This document shows, in pieces, positions 49,171 to 61,502 of a DNA stretch of 64,000 nt. A program made the position numbers and the translations under genes. The notes beneath the pieces are model-generated. The model worked only from the letters and a program-made list of their open reading frames with translations, was not told the DNA's origin and ran no database searches. Position 1 is the first letter of the stretch. Every line of letters begins with the position of its first letter. The DNA comes from TPA_inf: Saccharomyces (Eukaryota): assembly GCA_000146045.2 (NCBI GenBank), contig BK006939.2:128001-192000 (forward strand), given 5' to 3'.

Positions 49171-49692
49171 TACTTTTTTGATGGCTACAATCATAATTTG
49201 ACATACCTCATATGAATATGATGTGGTAGTAAATTAAATAGGCTGAATCCTGATAGTTTGAGCCTGGGTTCTGACTATCCGAGAAGCGCACAGCAACATA
49301 ACACCACCTTCTTTTAGTCTTTTAGCGAAAAAGTAGGAAGGCTCTGCACTCCATCGTTTTTACCATTCCTACACGTTATAAGGACTCAGACAGGCGGCGT
49401 AGTTAAAATAAATTAACACCGAGTCTTGAACATGTAATTTCTTTAGGTTCATTGAAGAGATAATTATAACTTTCCTGCCCACAAGTCCTCTGATTTACAT
49501 TCGAACGAGGCTCATTAACGTAGTGAAAACTGTTCATAACGCAATCTCTTATGAAAACCATGCGGTGAATTCCTTTTGACAGGTTCTCTATGATACTATC
49601 GACGCCTCTCAAATATCAATGCGTATTACTGCATCAGCAAAGCTCCGTCATCTACATCTAGGCCGGGGCATCTTTCGCAGCGAAATCTTTAC

Positions 49693-49701
49693 GGTGGCAA
49701 A
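49693..49701 (+). promoter_or_regulatory. PACE (Rpn4 site, GGTGGCAAA) 142 bp upstream of PRE1
   Basis: Exact nonamer; PACE is the proteasome-gene upstream element (established). Confidence 0.6.
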
Positions 49702-49834
49702 AAATAAAGAAAAGTGAATATTGAACACCAATTACAAGAAAAGGGAGCACCTGTCAATCGAATAAAAAAGAACAAACTTCGGGCACGTCTTTTAAATAGG
49801 TTCATATACAATACTAAGAAAGATATATTAAGAA

Positions 49835-50431
49835 ATGGATATTATTCTGGGCATCCGTGTACAGGATTCTGTCATTCTAGCGTCTTCTAAGGCAGTCACA
49901 AGAGGTATTTCTGTTTTAAAAGATTCTGATGATAAAACGAGACAATTATCGCCACATACATTGATGAGTTTTGCCGGTGAAGCTGGTGACACCGTTCAAT
50001 TCGCCGAGTACATTCAAGCCAATATCCAATTATACTCCATTAGAGAAGATTATGAGCTCTCTCCACAAGCAGTATCTAGTTTTGTTAGGCAAGAATTAGC
50101 CAAGTCAATTAGGTCGAGAAGACCATACCAAGTCAACGTATTGATTGGAGGCTATGACAAAAAGAAGAACAAACCGGAACTATATCAAATTGACTACTTG
50201 GGTACTAAAGTCGAATTACCCTATGGTGCTCATGGTTACTCGGGGTTTTACACATTCTCTTTACTAGATCATCATTATAGACCTGATATGACTACTGAGG
50301 AGGGTTTAGATTTATTAAAACTATGTGTACAAGAGCTTGAAAAAAGAATGCCAATGGACTTCAAGGGCGTCATTGTTAAAATCGTGGATAAAGATGGCAT
50401 AAGACAAGTAGATGACTTCCAGGCACAGTGA
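49835..50431 (+). CDS. PRE1: 20S proteasome beta-4 subunit, 198 aa
   Basis: Proteasome beta-type fold; matches Pre1. Confidence 0.95.
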   Translation: MDIILGIRVQDSVILASSKAVTRGISVLKDSDDKTRQLSPHTLMSFAGEAGDTVQFAEYIQANIQLYSIREDYELSPQAVSSFVRQELAKSIRSRRPYQVNVLIGGYDKKKNKPELYQIDYLGTKVELPYGAHGYSGFYTFSLLDHHYRPDMTTEEGLDLLKLCVQELEKRMPMDFKGVIVKIVDKDGIRQVDDFQAQ

Positions 50432-50840
50432 AAGATATTCAGTGTAATCACACGGAAAAGGTGATTGCTAATGATATACTAAAGTAATTATCTTCCTCGT
50501 TCATAAAATTAAATAAAGTTATTATAGTTTTTTCATCCGTTATAATAGCAAATGTATCAGAAATAAGACAATTTCTCATTTTTTGTTGGCAGAGTGAGAT
50601 ATCATCTGATCTATTGCAAATGAATCCCAATCAATGCTGATACCGCTTCGTTATAACCAATTCGAAAAGTTGTAATTATGTTACCCGCATGAGAATATTT
50701 TGAAGAAGCAATGTAGGGCTACGATAGTACTTTTGAGATGGTTTATTACTTGTTCAAATGCTGTCATCTCATGTTGTTAATGCGCTATATTTCGCACTAC
50801 GAAGCTAATTTTCAACATAGGTAACACAAAGATATTAGAG

Positions 50841-53800
50841 ATGTCTGATATATCGAAACTCATAGGAGCTATTGTGGGATCTGATGACCCCGTTATCATT
50901 GAATTTGTGCTGAATATCATAAATAAATCCGGCAATTTACAAGAGTTTATACGAAATATTCAAAAATTGGATGCCGGTATATCCTACGAAGACAGTATTA
51001 AGATGTATAATGCATTTTTAGGAAAGCAGGAAGAAGAAAAGGTACGAAATAAAGTTAAAAGTTCACCGTTAAGTCAAAAAATTAATCAGGTACTGAAAGA
51101 TGACGTTAATTTGGACGACCCTGTTGTGACTGAATTCGTCCTGAGCATTTTGAATAAATCTAAATCAATAACTGAGTTCCAGGAACAACTGAACTTGATG
51201 CAAAGCGGACTCGATAATGAAACAATTTTCAAGATATATCAAATTGCATCACCACCAGTAATGAAAGAAGAAGTCTCAGTTCTTCCAAGCACCAAGATAC
51301 CAGCAAAGATAGAAGCAAAGATTGAAGAAGAGGTACAAAAAATAGAAAGTTTAGACCCCAGCCCTGTCCTTCACAAAGTTTATGAAGGTAAAGTGAGAAA
51401 CATAACTACTTTTGGGTGTTTCGTCCAAATTTTTGGGACGCGAATGAAGAATTGTGATGGCTTAGTTCATATTTCAGAAATGTCAGACCAAAGAACATTA
51501 GATCCACATGATGTGGTGAGACAAGGCCAACATATCTTTGTCGAAGTGATAAAAATACAAAATAATGGAAAAATATCGCTCTCCATGAAAAATATTGATC
51601 AACATAGTGGAGAAATCCGGAAAAGAAATACTGAAAGTGTCGAAGATAGAGGTAGGTCCAACGATGCTCATACAAGCAGAAATATGAAAAACAAAATTAA
51701 AAGGCGTGCTTTGACTTCACCAGAAAGATGGGAAATTCGCCAACTAATTGCCAGCGGTGCTGCTTCCATCGATGACTATCCTGAATTGAAGGATGAAATA
51801 CCCATAAATACTTCCTATTTGACCGCGAAAAGAGATGACGGCAGTATCGTTAACGGTAATACAGAGAAAGTGGACTCAAAATTGGAAGAACAACAACGAG
51901 ACGAGACGGATGAAATTGATGTCGAGCTGAATACAGATGATGGGCCCAAATTTTTAAAGGATCAGCAAGTCAAGGGGGCCAAGAAATATGAAATGCCTAA
52001 AATTACAAAAGTCCCGAGAGGATTTATGAATCGTTCAGCAATCAACGGCTCTAATGCAATACGAGATCATAGAGAAGAAAAGTTAAGGAAAAAAAGAGAG
52101 ATTGAACAACAGATTAGGAAACAACAGTCGTTTGATGATCCTACGAAAAACAAAAAAGATTCCAGGAACGAAATTCAAATGTTGAAAAACCAGCTGATTG
52201 TTACTGAATGGGAAAAAAATAGAATGAATGAATCTATCTCGTATGGCAAAAGAACTTCCTTACCAATCAGTGCACAGCGTCAAACTTTGCCTGTATACGC
52301 GATGAGGTCTGAATTGATACAGGCTGTGCGTGACAATCAATTTCTGGTCATTGTTGGTGAGACAGGTTCGGGTAAAACCACTCAAATTACTCAGTATTTA
52401 GATGAAGAAGGGTTTAGTAACTATGGGATGATCGGATGTACCCAACCTCGTAGGGTTGCCGCTGTATCCGTTGCTAAAAGAGTGGCTGAAGAAGTTGGCT
52501 GCAAAGTTGGCCATGACGTTGGCTATACCATTAGATTTGAAGATGTTACTGGCCCAGATACCAGAATAAAATATATGACTGATGGTATGTTACAGAGAGA
52601 GGCGTTGTTAGATCCCGAGATGTCAAAATATTCAGTTATCATGTTAGATGAAGCTCACGAAAGAACTGTGGCAACTGATGTTTTATTTGCGTTGTTAAAG
52701 AAAGCGGCTATTAAAAGGCCAGAATTAAAAGTAATAGTTACATCGGCTACTTTGAACTCTGCTAAATTTTCTGAGTACTTTTTAAATTGTCCGATTATCA
52801 ATATACCTGGTAAAACTTTTCCCGTGGAAGTACTCTACTCACAGACGCCCCAAATGGATTACATAGAGGCAGCTTTGGATTGTGTAATAGACATCCATAT
52901 TAATGAAGGCCCAGGCGATATTTTAGTCTTTTTGACTGGACAGGAAGAAATAGACTCATGCTGTGAAATTTTATATGATAGGGTGAAAACTTTAGGTGAC
53001 AGCATCGGCGAATTACTGATTTTGCCCGTTTATTCTGCTTTGCCAAGTGAAATCCAATCGAAAATTTTTGAACCCACTCCAAAGGGCAGTCGAAAAGTCG
53101 TATTTGCCACAAATATTGCGGAAACTTCAATCACTATTGATGGAATTTATTATGTCGTGGACCCTGGATTTGCAAAAATCAACATTTATAATGCAAGAGC
53201 AGGTATCGAGCAGTTGATAGTGTCTCCAATCTCTCAGGCACAGGCAAATCAAAGAAAAGGTAGAGCTGGAAGAACAGGCCCTGGAAAATGCTATCGACTT
53301 TATACAGAATCCGCATTTTACAATGAAATGTTAGAAAACACGGTTCCAGAAATTCAAAGGCAGAATCTTTCTCATACTATTTTGATGCTAAAGGCCATGG
53401 GAATTAATGATTTATTGAAATTTGACTTCATGGATCCCCCTCCCAAAAATTTAATGCTTAACGCACTGACAGAATTATACCACCTGCAGTCACTAGATGA
53501 CGAGGGAAAACTAACAAATTTAGGTAAAGAGATGTCCTTATTTCCAATGGATCCCACTCTATCACGCTCTTTATTGTCATCTGTTGATAATCAGTGCTCG
53601 GATGAAATTGTTACTATAATCTCAATGTTGTCAGTACAGAACGTTTTTTATCGTCCAAAAGATAGGCAATTGGAAGCAGATAGCAAGAAGGCAAAGTTTC
53701 ATCATCCATACGGTGACCATTTAACATTATTGAACGTTTATACTAGATGGCAGCAGGCAAATTACTCGGAGCAGTATTGCAAAACAAACTTTCTGCATTT

Positions 53801-54278
53801 TAGACATTTGAAAAGAGCAAGAGATGTTAAAAGCCAAATTAGCATGATATTTAAAAAGATAGGCTTAAAGTTAATAAGCTGTCATAGTGATCCTGATTTA
53901 ATTCGTAAAACTTTCGTGTCAGGGTTCTTCATGAACGCTGCTAAGCGAGACTCACAGGTAGGTTATAAAACCATCAATGGTGGTACAGAGGTTGGAATAC
54001 ATCCCTCGAGTTCATTGTACGGAAAAGAGTATGAATACGTAATGTATCATAGTATCGTATTAACTAGCCGGGAATACATGTCGCAGGTAACATCCATTGA
54101 GCCCCAATGGCTTCTCGAAGTAGCGCCTCATTTTTATAAAGCTGGAGATGCTGAAAGCCAGTCTAGGAAGAAAGCGAAAATCATTCCTTTGCATAACAAG
54201 TTTGCCAAGGATCAAAATTCATGGAGACTAAGCTCAATAAGGCAGTCAAGGGAAAGGGCATTAGGTATCAAGAGGTAA
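50841..54278 (+). CDS. PRP22: DEAH-box spliceosomal ATPase/helicase for mRNA release, 1145 aa, with N-terminal S1 domain
   Basis: GETGSGKT Walker A, DEAH (MLDEAHERT), [11 protein letters not shown] motifs; S1 domain near residue 180. Confidence 0.95.
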
Positions 54279-54599
54279 CATTGTTAGCTTTTTATGCATT
54301 ATAATTATCGAGTTTTATAGACCTATATTTAATTTTTTAACAACTTTATCTCTCTTGAGAATTTTTACATGAAAAAAATCACAGAGTAACGCTAACCTTT
54401 CTTTAATTGAAAGCTGCCATTGCTCGTTTAGTTACAAAACGCCTTTGAACTTGCCTTCGACACTTTGTTGCTTCGGAGTCGCGGAGTATTCAAAAAAAGA
54501 AATAGTATAATAGAGAGAACAATAGAGATATTCGCGAAGAACACCAATTCAAACATATCGAGTAAAGTGCAATTGAGAACGCCAAAAAGAGCTTGTATA

Positions 54600-56219
54600 A
54601 TGTTATTACCATTAACAAAGCTAAAACCGAGAGCAAAAGTTGCTGTTGTAGGGGGTGGCGTTTCTGGACTATGTTTTACTTATTTTTTAAGCAAGTTGAG
54701 ACCGGATGTTGAAATCACACTGTTCGAATCGCAGAACAGAACTGGGGGTTGGATATATTCTTGTAACACAAGAGATATGAGTGGGAACCCAATTATGTTG
54801 GAGAAGGGACCCAGAACATTGAGGGGCGTATCAGACGGGACCGTTCTGATTATGGATACCCTTAAAGACTTGGGCAAGGAAGCAGTTATTCAAAGCATTG
54901 ATAAAGGTTGCATTGCAGACAAAAAGTTTCTACTAGACCCCAGTGATAAACTCGTGCAGGTTCCTAATTCGATATCTACAACAGTAAAATTTCTGCTGAA
55001 TCCGTTGGGAAAAGGACTCATCACGGGTATGATGGGAGAATGGTTCAGAAAAAAATCTCCACATCCTGGCCAAGACGAAAGTGTCGAATCCATTTGTGAC
55101 AGAAGGTTTGGGAATAACTACATATCAAACAATATGATCAGTGCCTTACTAAGAGGTATCTATGGGGATGACGTTTCCCTATTAAGTGCCAAGAGAACGT
55201 TTAAGAAAATATACTACAATGAACTAAAGCACGGATCTAACACACAAGCTATGATTGATAATATGCGCGGAAAGTCAAGAAGTAAAAAAACTGAGAACCT
55301 GCACCAATCTTTAACTGGCTGCCTTAACGACTACTCAAATGCGTTTGGAAAAGACAGGTCAAAGTTATTAGACTTATCCAACACGCTAAAGAAATATCCC
55401 ATGTTGGGTCTTGCTGGGGGACTAGAAACGTTTCCCAAGATAGTCAGAAATGCTTTGAACGAATTTAAAAACGTCAAAATAGTTACTGGGAACCCGGTTA
55501 CGCAAATAATGAAACGCCCTGCTAACGAAACGACAATCGGATTGAAAGCGAAATCTGGCGACCAATACGAAACATTTGACCATTTAAGACTTACGATAAC
55601 ACCTCCCAAAATCGCTAAATTGCTACCGAAGGATCAAAATTCATTATCCAAGTTATTAGATGAGATACAATCAAACACAATAATTTTAGTTAATTATTAT
55701 TTGCCAAACAAAGATGTAATAGATGCCGATCTACAAGGCTTTGGATACTTGGTTCCCAAATCCAATAAGAATCCAGGGAAATTGCTTGGTGTAATTTTCG
55801 ATTCTGTTATCGAAAGGAATTTCAAACCACTTTTTGACAAACTCTCCACAAACCCAAACGCCCTCAACAAATATACAAAAGTGACTGCGATGATAGGAGG
55901 TTGTATGCTCAATGAACACGGTGTTCCTGTAGTGCCATCCAGGGAGGTAACCATTAATGCAGTCAAAGATGCGCTGAACAACCACCTCGGCATCAGTAAC
56001 AAGGATCTGGAAGCTGGTCAGTGGGAATTCACTATCGCCGATAGATGTCTGCCAAGATTTCATGTAGGTTATGACGCATGGCAAGAAAGAGCTGAAAGGA
56101 AGTTGCAAGAATCTTACGGCCAAACAGTTTCTGTGGGGGGAATGGGATTTTCTAGAAGTCCCGGTGTCCCTGACGTTATTGTAGACGGCTTTAACGACGC
56201 CTTACAGCTAAGCAAATAA
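54600..56219 (+). CDS. HEM14: Protoporphyrinogen oxidase (FAD-dependent), 539 aa. The track ORF is over-extended by 45 non-ATG-initiated codons
   Basis: MLLPLTKLKPRAKVAVVGGGVSGL dinucleotide-binding motif; ATG at 54600. Confidence 0.9.
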   Translation: MLLPLTKLKPRAKVAVVGGGVSGLCFTYFLSKLRPDVEITLFESQNRTGGWIYSCNTRDMSGNPIMLEKGPRTLRGVSDGTVLIMDTLKDLGKEAVIQSIDKGCIADKKFLLDPSDKLVQVPNSISTTVKFLLNPLGKGLITGMMGEWFRKKSPHPGQDESVESICDRRFGNNYISNNMISALLRGIYGDDVSLLSAKRTFKKIYYNELKHGSNTQAMIDNMRGKSRSKKTENLHQSLTGCLNDYSNAFGKDRSKLLDLSNTLKKYPMLGLAGGLETFPKIVRNALNEFKNVKIVTGNPVTQIMKRPANETTIGLKAKSGDQYETFDHLRLTITPPKIAKLLPKDQNSLSKLLDEIQSNTIILVNYYLPNKDVIDADLQGFGYLVPKSNKNPGKLLGVIFDSVIERNFKPLFDKLSTNPNALNKYTKVTAMIGGCMLNEHGVPVVPSREVTINAVKDALNNHLGISNKDLEAGQWEFTIADRCLPRFHVGYDAWQERAERKLQESYGQTVSVGGMGFSRSPGVPDVIVDGFNDALQLSK

Positions 56220-56354
56220 GTACGTATATATATGGTTAGCTTTACGCAAACTACTTCTTTTGACAATTGAGGCAGTTATCAGCTAATAAGAAAAAGTAGT
56301 TAGTATCAAAAGACACAATTTATTTATATTAACCAAATTTTTCAGAACATCCTC

Positions 56355-56377
56355 CGGACCGTCAGTCTTTAACGCCG
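56355..56377 (-). promoter_or_regulatory. Oleate-response-element-like site CGG-CGT-TAA-N11-CCG (fits CGGN3TNAN9-12CCG) about 175 bp upstream of FAA2
   Basis: Minus-strand reading CGGCGTTAAAGACTGACGGTCCG; FAA2 is a peroxisomal, oleate-inducible acyl-CoA synthetase (established). Site function is inferred. Confidence 0.4.
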
Positions 56378-56540
56378 AGCCGCCGATGATGGGTTGGAGT
56401 CAAAACGAGGGAACTCAATATTAATTGCGGAGTTGAGCGATGATGGGTTGGAACTATATAAAGCATCGGAAACGCATGGCTAAGGGAAGTGGAAGAATGC
56501 AGGTTACAAAAAACGGATAAGAACAAACTTGTTTCGAAAT

Positions 56541-58775
56541 ATGGCCGCTCCAGATTATGCACTTACCGATTTAATTGAATCGGATCCTCGTTTCGAAAGT
56601 TTGAAGACAAGATTAGCCGGTTACACCAAAGGCTCTGATGAATATATTGAAGAGCTATACTCTCAATTACCACTGACCAGCTATCCCAGGTACAAAACAT
56701 TTTTAAAGAAACAGGCGGTTGCCATTTCGAATCCGGATAATGAAGCTGGTTTTAGCTCGATTTATAGGAGTTCTCTTTCTTCTGAAAATCTAGTGAGCTG
56801 TGTGGATAAAAACTTAAGAACTGCATACGATCACTTCATGTTTTCTGCAAGGAGATGGCCTCAACGTGACTGTTTAGGTTCAAGGCCAATTGATAAAGCC
56901 ACAGGCACCTGGGAGGAAACATTCCGTTTCGAGTCGTACTCCACGGTATCTAAAAGATGTCATAATATCGGAAGTGGTATATTGTCTTTGGTAAACACGA
57001 AAAGGAAACGTCCTTTGGAAGCCAATGATTTTGTTGTTGCTATCTTATCACACAACAACCCTGAATGGATCCTAACAGATTTGGCCTGTCAGGCCTATTC
57101 TCTAACTAACACGGCTTTGTACGAAACATTAGGTCCAAACACCTCCGAGTACATATTGAATTTAACCGAGGCCCCCATTCTGATTTTTGCAAAATCAAAT
57201 ATGTATCATGTATTGAAGATGGTGCCTGATATGAAATTTGTTAATACTTTGGTTTGTATGGATGAATTAACTCATGACGAGCTCCGTATGCTAAATGAAT
57301 CGTTGCTACCCGTTAAGTGCAACTCTCTCAATGAAAAAATCACATTTTTTTCATTGGAGCAGGTAGAACAAGTTGGTTGCTTTAACAAAATTCCTGCAAT
57401 TCCACCTACCCCAGATTCCTTGTATACTATTTCGTTTACTTCTGGTACTACAGGTTTACCTAAAGGTGTGGAAATGTCTCACAGAAACATTGCGTCTGGG
57501 ATAGCATTTGCTTTTTCTACCTTCAGAATACCGCCAGATAAAAGAAACCAACAGTTATATGATATGTGTTTTTTGCCATTGGCTCATATTTTTGAAAGAA
57601 TGGTTATTGCGTATGATCTAGCCATCGGGTTTGGAATAGGCTTCTTACATAAACCAGACCCAACTGTATTGGTAGAGGATTTGAAGATTTTGAAACCTTA
57701 CGCGGTTGCCCTGGTTCCTAGAATATTAACACGGTTTGAAGCCGGTATAAAAAACGCTTTGGATAAATCGACTGTCCAGAGGAACGTAGCAAATACTATA
57801 TTGGATTCTAAATCGGCCAGATTTACCGCAAGAGGTGGTCCAGATAAATCGATTATGAATTTTCTAGTTTATCATCGCGTATTGATTGATAAAATCAGAG
57901 ACTCTTTAGGTTTGTCCAATAACTCGTTTATAATTACCGGATCAGCTCCCATATCTAAAGATACCTTACTATTTTTAAGAAGTGCCTTGGATATTGGTAT
58001 AAGACAGGGCTACGGCTTAACTGAAACTTTTGCTGGTGTCTGTTTAAGCGAACCGTTTGAAAAAGATGTCGGATCTTGTGGTGCCATAGGTATTTCTGCA
58101 GAATGTAGATTGAAGTCTGTTCCAGAAATGGGTTACCATGCCGACAAGGATTTAAAAGGTGAACTGCAAATTCGTGGCCCACAGGTTTTTGAAAGATATT
58201 TTAAAAATCCGAATGAAACTTCAAAAGCCGTTGACCAAGATGGTTGGTTTTCCACGGGAGATGTTGCATTTATCGATGGAAAAGGTCGCATCAGCGTCAT
58301 TGATCGAGTCAAGAACTTTTTCAAGCTAGCACATGGTGAATATATTGCTCCAGAGAAAATCGAAAATATTTATTTATCATCATGCCCCTATATCACGCAA
58401 ATATTTGTCTTTGGAGATCCTTTAAAGACATTTTTAGTTGGCATCGTTGGTGTTGATGTTGATGCAGCGCAACCGATTTTAGCTGCAAAGCACCCAGAGG
58501 TGAAAACGTGGACTAAGGAAGTGCTAGTAGAAAACTTAAATCGTAATAAAAAGCTAAGGAAGGAATTTTTAAACAAAATTAATAAATGCACCGATGGGCT
58601 ACAAGGATTCGAAAAATTGCATAACATCAAAGTCGGACTTGAGCCTTTAACTCTCGAGGATGATGTTGTGACGCCAACTTTTAAAATAAAGCGTGCCAAA
58701 GCATCAAAATTCTTCAAAGATACATTAGACCAACTATACGCCGAAGGTTCACTAGTCAAGACAGAAAAGCTTTAG
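56541..58775 (+). CDS. FAA2: Medium-chain fatty-acyl-CoA synthetase (AMP-binding family), 744 aa. The track ORF is over-extended by 4 codons
   Basis: AMP-binding signature [10 protein letters not shown]; ATG at 56541 gives [11 protein letters not shown]... Confidence 0.9.
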
Positions 58776-60156
58776 GTACTTATGACGATTTGGAACACAT
58801 TCAAACTAGAAAAAACTTTGATGTAGGATATCCCTATGCACATCCATACGGTATACATAGTGAACGCTCACTGTGTATAATGGACTAACAGTAGTTATAA
58901 ACCTGCTTTCGTTACTACAGCACACAAGACTATTGTACTTTGTTAAAGAACTATAAGATTAAAGACATACATAATTCCAACTATTTATACCATTAAATAT
59001 TCTTCTTAAGCTTTTTTTCGCGGCTTTCTATAATATATGAGGATCAATTAGTGAAAGCAATGCTCTCTATGTTGGAACCACAGTGTAGATACTGCACTTT
59101 CATAAAGCGCTAGATATAGCTGGTCAATCTAGCGGAGTACATGGGTCACAGTTACCATTCTCGTAACTTGACTTGGTGCACTACGGGTCAAGATGATTGA
59201 AAACGGCTCCCACAACTTCAACTGAGGTCTGTTTCAGATGGAGGTGCAGTGTTTTCCATGTAGTGAGCCCTGATATCGGGGCGTAATCACCTAACTCAGC
59301 AAAGGTAAACCTTTCTCATCTGACGGAGATAAAGTGATAGTAATCGGGGATGCGGCGACAGAGATTGAAGTTAATTTGACCATTGAATAGTTGCTTATAT
59401 ATGATAGACTTAGCTAAAAGAAAATAATGAAGGCGTACCCCATATCGCTGATCAGAGAAATCCATGTAGATAGAATTTCTGTCTCCGCTAAAACTGCATG
59501 AGCGACTGACTGAAGCTCTACTCATTCAAAAATTATCCCTCTTCACTTCCCGTATTCACACTTGTTGCCACTATGGACATGCTCTCTTTGAAAAATGTAG
59601 TCTCACCCACAGAAAAGAAAAGATCATTTGAAAATAAGATATCCTGGGAAACCCGCTTGAATTATTCCAGTGTTTCTACCTAAAGAAAAATCACGCAACC
59701 AGAAACAGATTTCGTCTGGGTTCGTTCAACAACTCTTTGCTTAAGATTTAATTAGCATATGCTAAATCGCCATTAGGAGCAAAACCAGGGCTTCTAACGA
59801 TTTCCAATAAAGAAGATACGGAACTTTTCATGTGTTGACAACAACATTACAGGGATTTTTTCAGACTTTCATGTTACCGGTCAATCTGCTGATGCATACA
59901 TACAGGTATAAAGAACACTTTGCCTAGAACAATAAAGAAAAGTCAAAGACATCTGAGAGGCATCTTCTTACCTGAAAGAGACGCCTTGTATCTTCTATAG
60001 GTCAACTAGAGTAGGTGTTCCGGAAACCTGAATGAACTTGAAGACCATTCCCAACTCCACTATTAATTAAACTTAGTACGCTCGAGTTTACCATGTGAAC
60101 CGAAGGCATGTAAAAATGTAGGCTATTCTTGTGCTTATGTTCTTCCTAACGCGACT

Positions 60157-60162
60157 ACGCGT
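60157..60162 (+). promoter_or_regulatory. MCB (MluI cell-cycle box, ACGCGT) with an adjacent ACGCGA half-match (60149-60154), about 120 bp upstream of BIM1
   Basis: Exact hexamer; the link to G1/S regulation of BIM1 is an inference. Confidence 0.35.
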
Positions 60163-60276
60163 TTGAAGAAGTTAGTAGCAAAATGGCGAAGAAAACAAAC
60201 ACTTGAAACAAGTCAAAAAAAATTGAAGGCAGACTCAAAAGCAAGGATAATATTCCACCAAATCAGGGACGAAGCA

Positions 60277-61311
60277 ATGAGTGCGGGTATCGGAGAATCA
60301 CGTACAGAGTTGCTTACATGGTTGAATGGCCTCCTTAACTTGAATTACAAAAAAATTGAGGAATGTGGGACGGGAGCAGCATATTGTCAAATAATGGATT
60401 CAATTTATGGAGACTTGCCGATGAACAGGGTAAAATTCAATGCCACGGCCGAATATGAGTTTCAAACCAACTATAAAATTTTACAGAGTTGCTTTAGCAG
60501 ACATGGAATTGAGAAAACAGTGTACGTTGATAAGTTAATCAGATGTAAATTTCAAGATAATTTAGAGTTCTTGCAGTGGTTAAAGAAACATTGGATTCGA
60601 CATAAAGATGAAAGCGTGTATGATCCAGATGCAAGGCGCAAGTATCGTCCCATTATAACGAATAATAGTGCAACCAAACCCCGTACAGTATCCAACCCTA
60701 CCACTGCAAAGAGGTCATCAAGCACAGGCACTGGGAGTGCCATGTCAGGAGGATTAGCAACAAGACATTCTTCGCTGGGAATAAACGGTAGCAGAAAAAC
60801 CAGTGTTACCCAAGGTCAGTTGGTAGCGATACAAGCGGAATTAACTAAATCGCAGGAAACGATCGGTTCATTGAATGAAGAGATAGAACAATACAAAGGA
60901 ACAGTAAGTACTTTAGAGATTGAAAGAGAATTTTACTTCAACAAACTACGCGACATAGAAATCCTGGTCCATACCACTCAAGATTTAATAAATGAAGGTG
61001 TTTATAAATTTAATGATGAGACCATCACCGGCCATGGTAATGGAAATGGGGGAGCATTATTACGGTTCGTCAAGAAGGTGGAAAGTATTTTATATGCTAC
61101 TGCAGAAGGATTTGAAATGAATGATGGTGAGGATGAATTGAATGATAAAAATCTGGGTGAACATGGAACTGTGCCGAATCAGGGCGGCTATGCGAACAGC
61201 AATGGCGAGGTCAATGGTAACGAAGGTAGTAACCATGATGTGATAATGCAGAACGACGAAGGTGAGGTTGGCGTGAGCAACAACTTGATCATCGACGAGG
61301 AAACTTTTTAA
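60277..61311 (+). CDS. BIM1: EB1-family microtubule plus-end binding protein (calponin-homology domain plus EB1 C-terminal coiled coil), 344 aa. The track ORF is over-extended by 38 TTG-initiated codons
   Basis: MSAGIGESRTELLTWLNGLLNLNYKKIEECGTGAAYCQIMDSIYG CH domain; ATG at 60277. Confidence 0.9.
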   Translation: MSAGIGESRTELLTWLNGLLNLNYKKIEECGTGAAYCQIMDSIYGDLPMNRVKFNATAEYEFQTNYKILQSCFSRHGIEKTVYVDKLIRCKFQDNLEFLQWLKKHWIRHKDESVYDPDARRKYRPIITNNSATKPRTVSNPTTAKRSSSTGTGSAMSGGLATRHSSLGINGSRKTSVTQGQLVAIQAELTKSQETIGSLNEEIEQYKGTVSTLEIEREFYFNKLRDIEILVHTTQDLINEGVYKFNDETITGHGNGNGGALLRFVKKVESILYATAEGFEMNDGEDELNDKNLGEHGTVPNQGGYANSNGEVNGNEGSNHDVIMQNDEGEVGVSNNLIIDEETF

Positions 61312-61502
61312 GTTGAGAACTAAAAAGCAGTATTGTTTTCGAATATGTATTATTTTTTTTTATTTTTTTTATTACTCGTTATCAATATATATATATACAT
61401 GTATATTATTACTAAAAGAATGAGAAAATAAGATAGGATCCTGGAAGGGGGATCAGGTAAAGATATAAAGTGAGATGAAGAAGCCACCGTTTTATTTCCC
61501 CT

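Noticed and set aside
55731-56123. 130-aa ORF antisense within HEM14 (plus 55697-56002 and 55331-55609)
   Set aside because: Fully embedded opposite the conserved protoporphyrinogen oxidase CDS. I recall a dubious ORF being annotated here, but nothing in the sequence supports independent coding.
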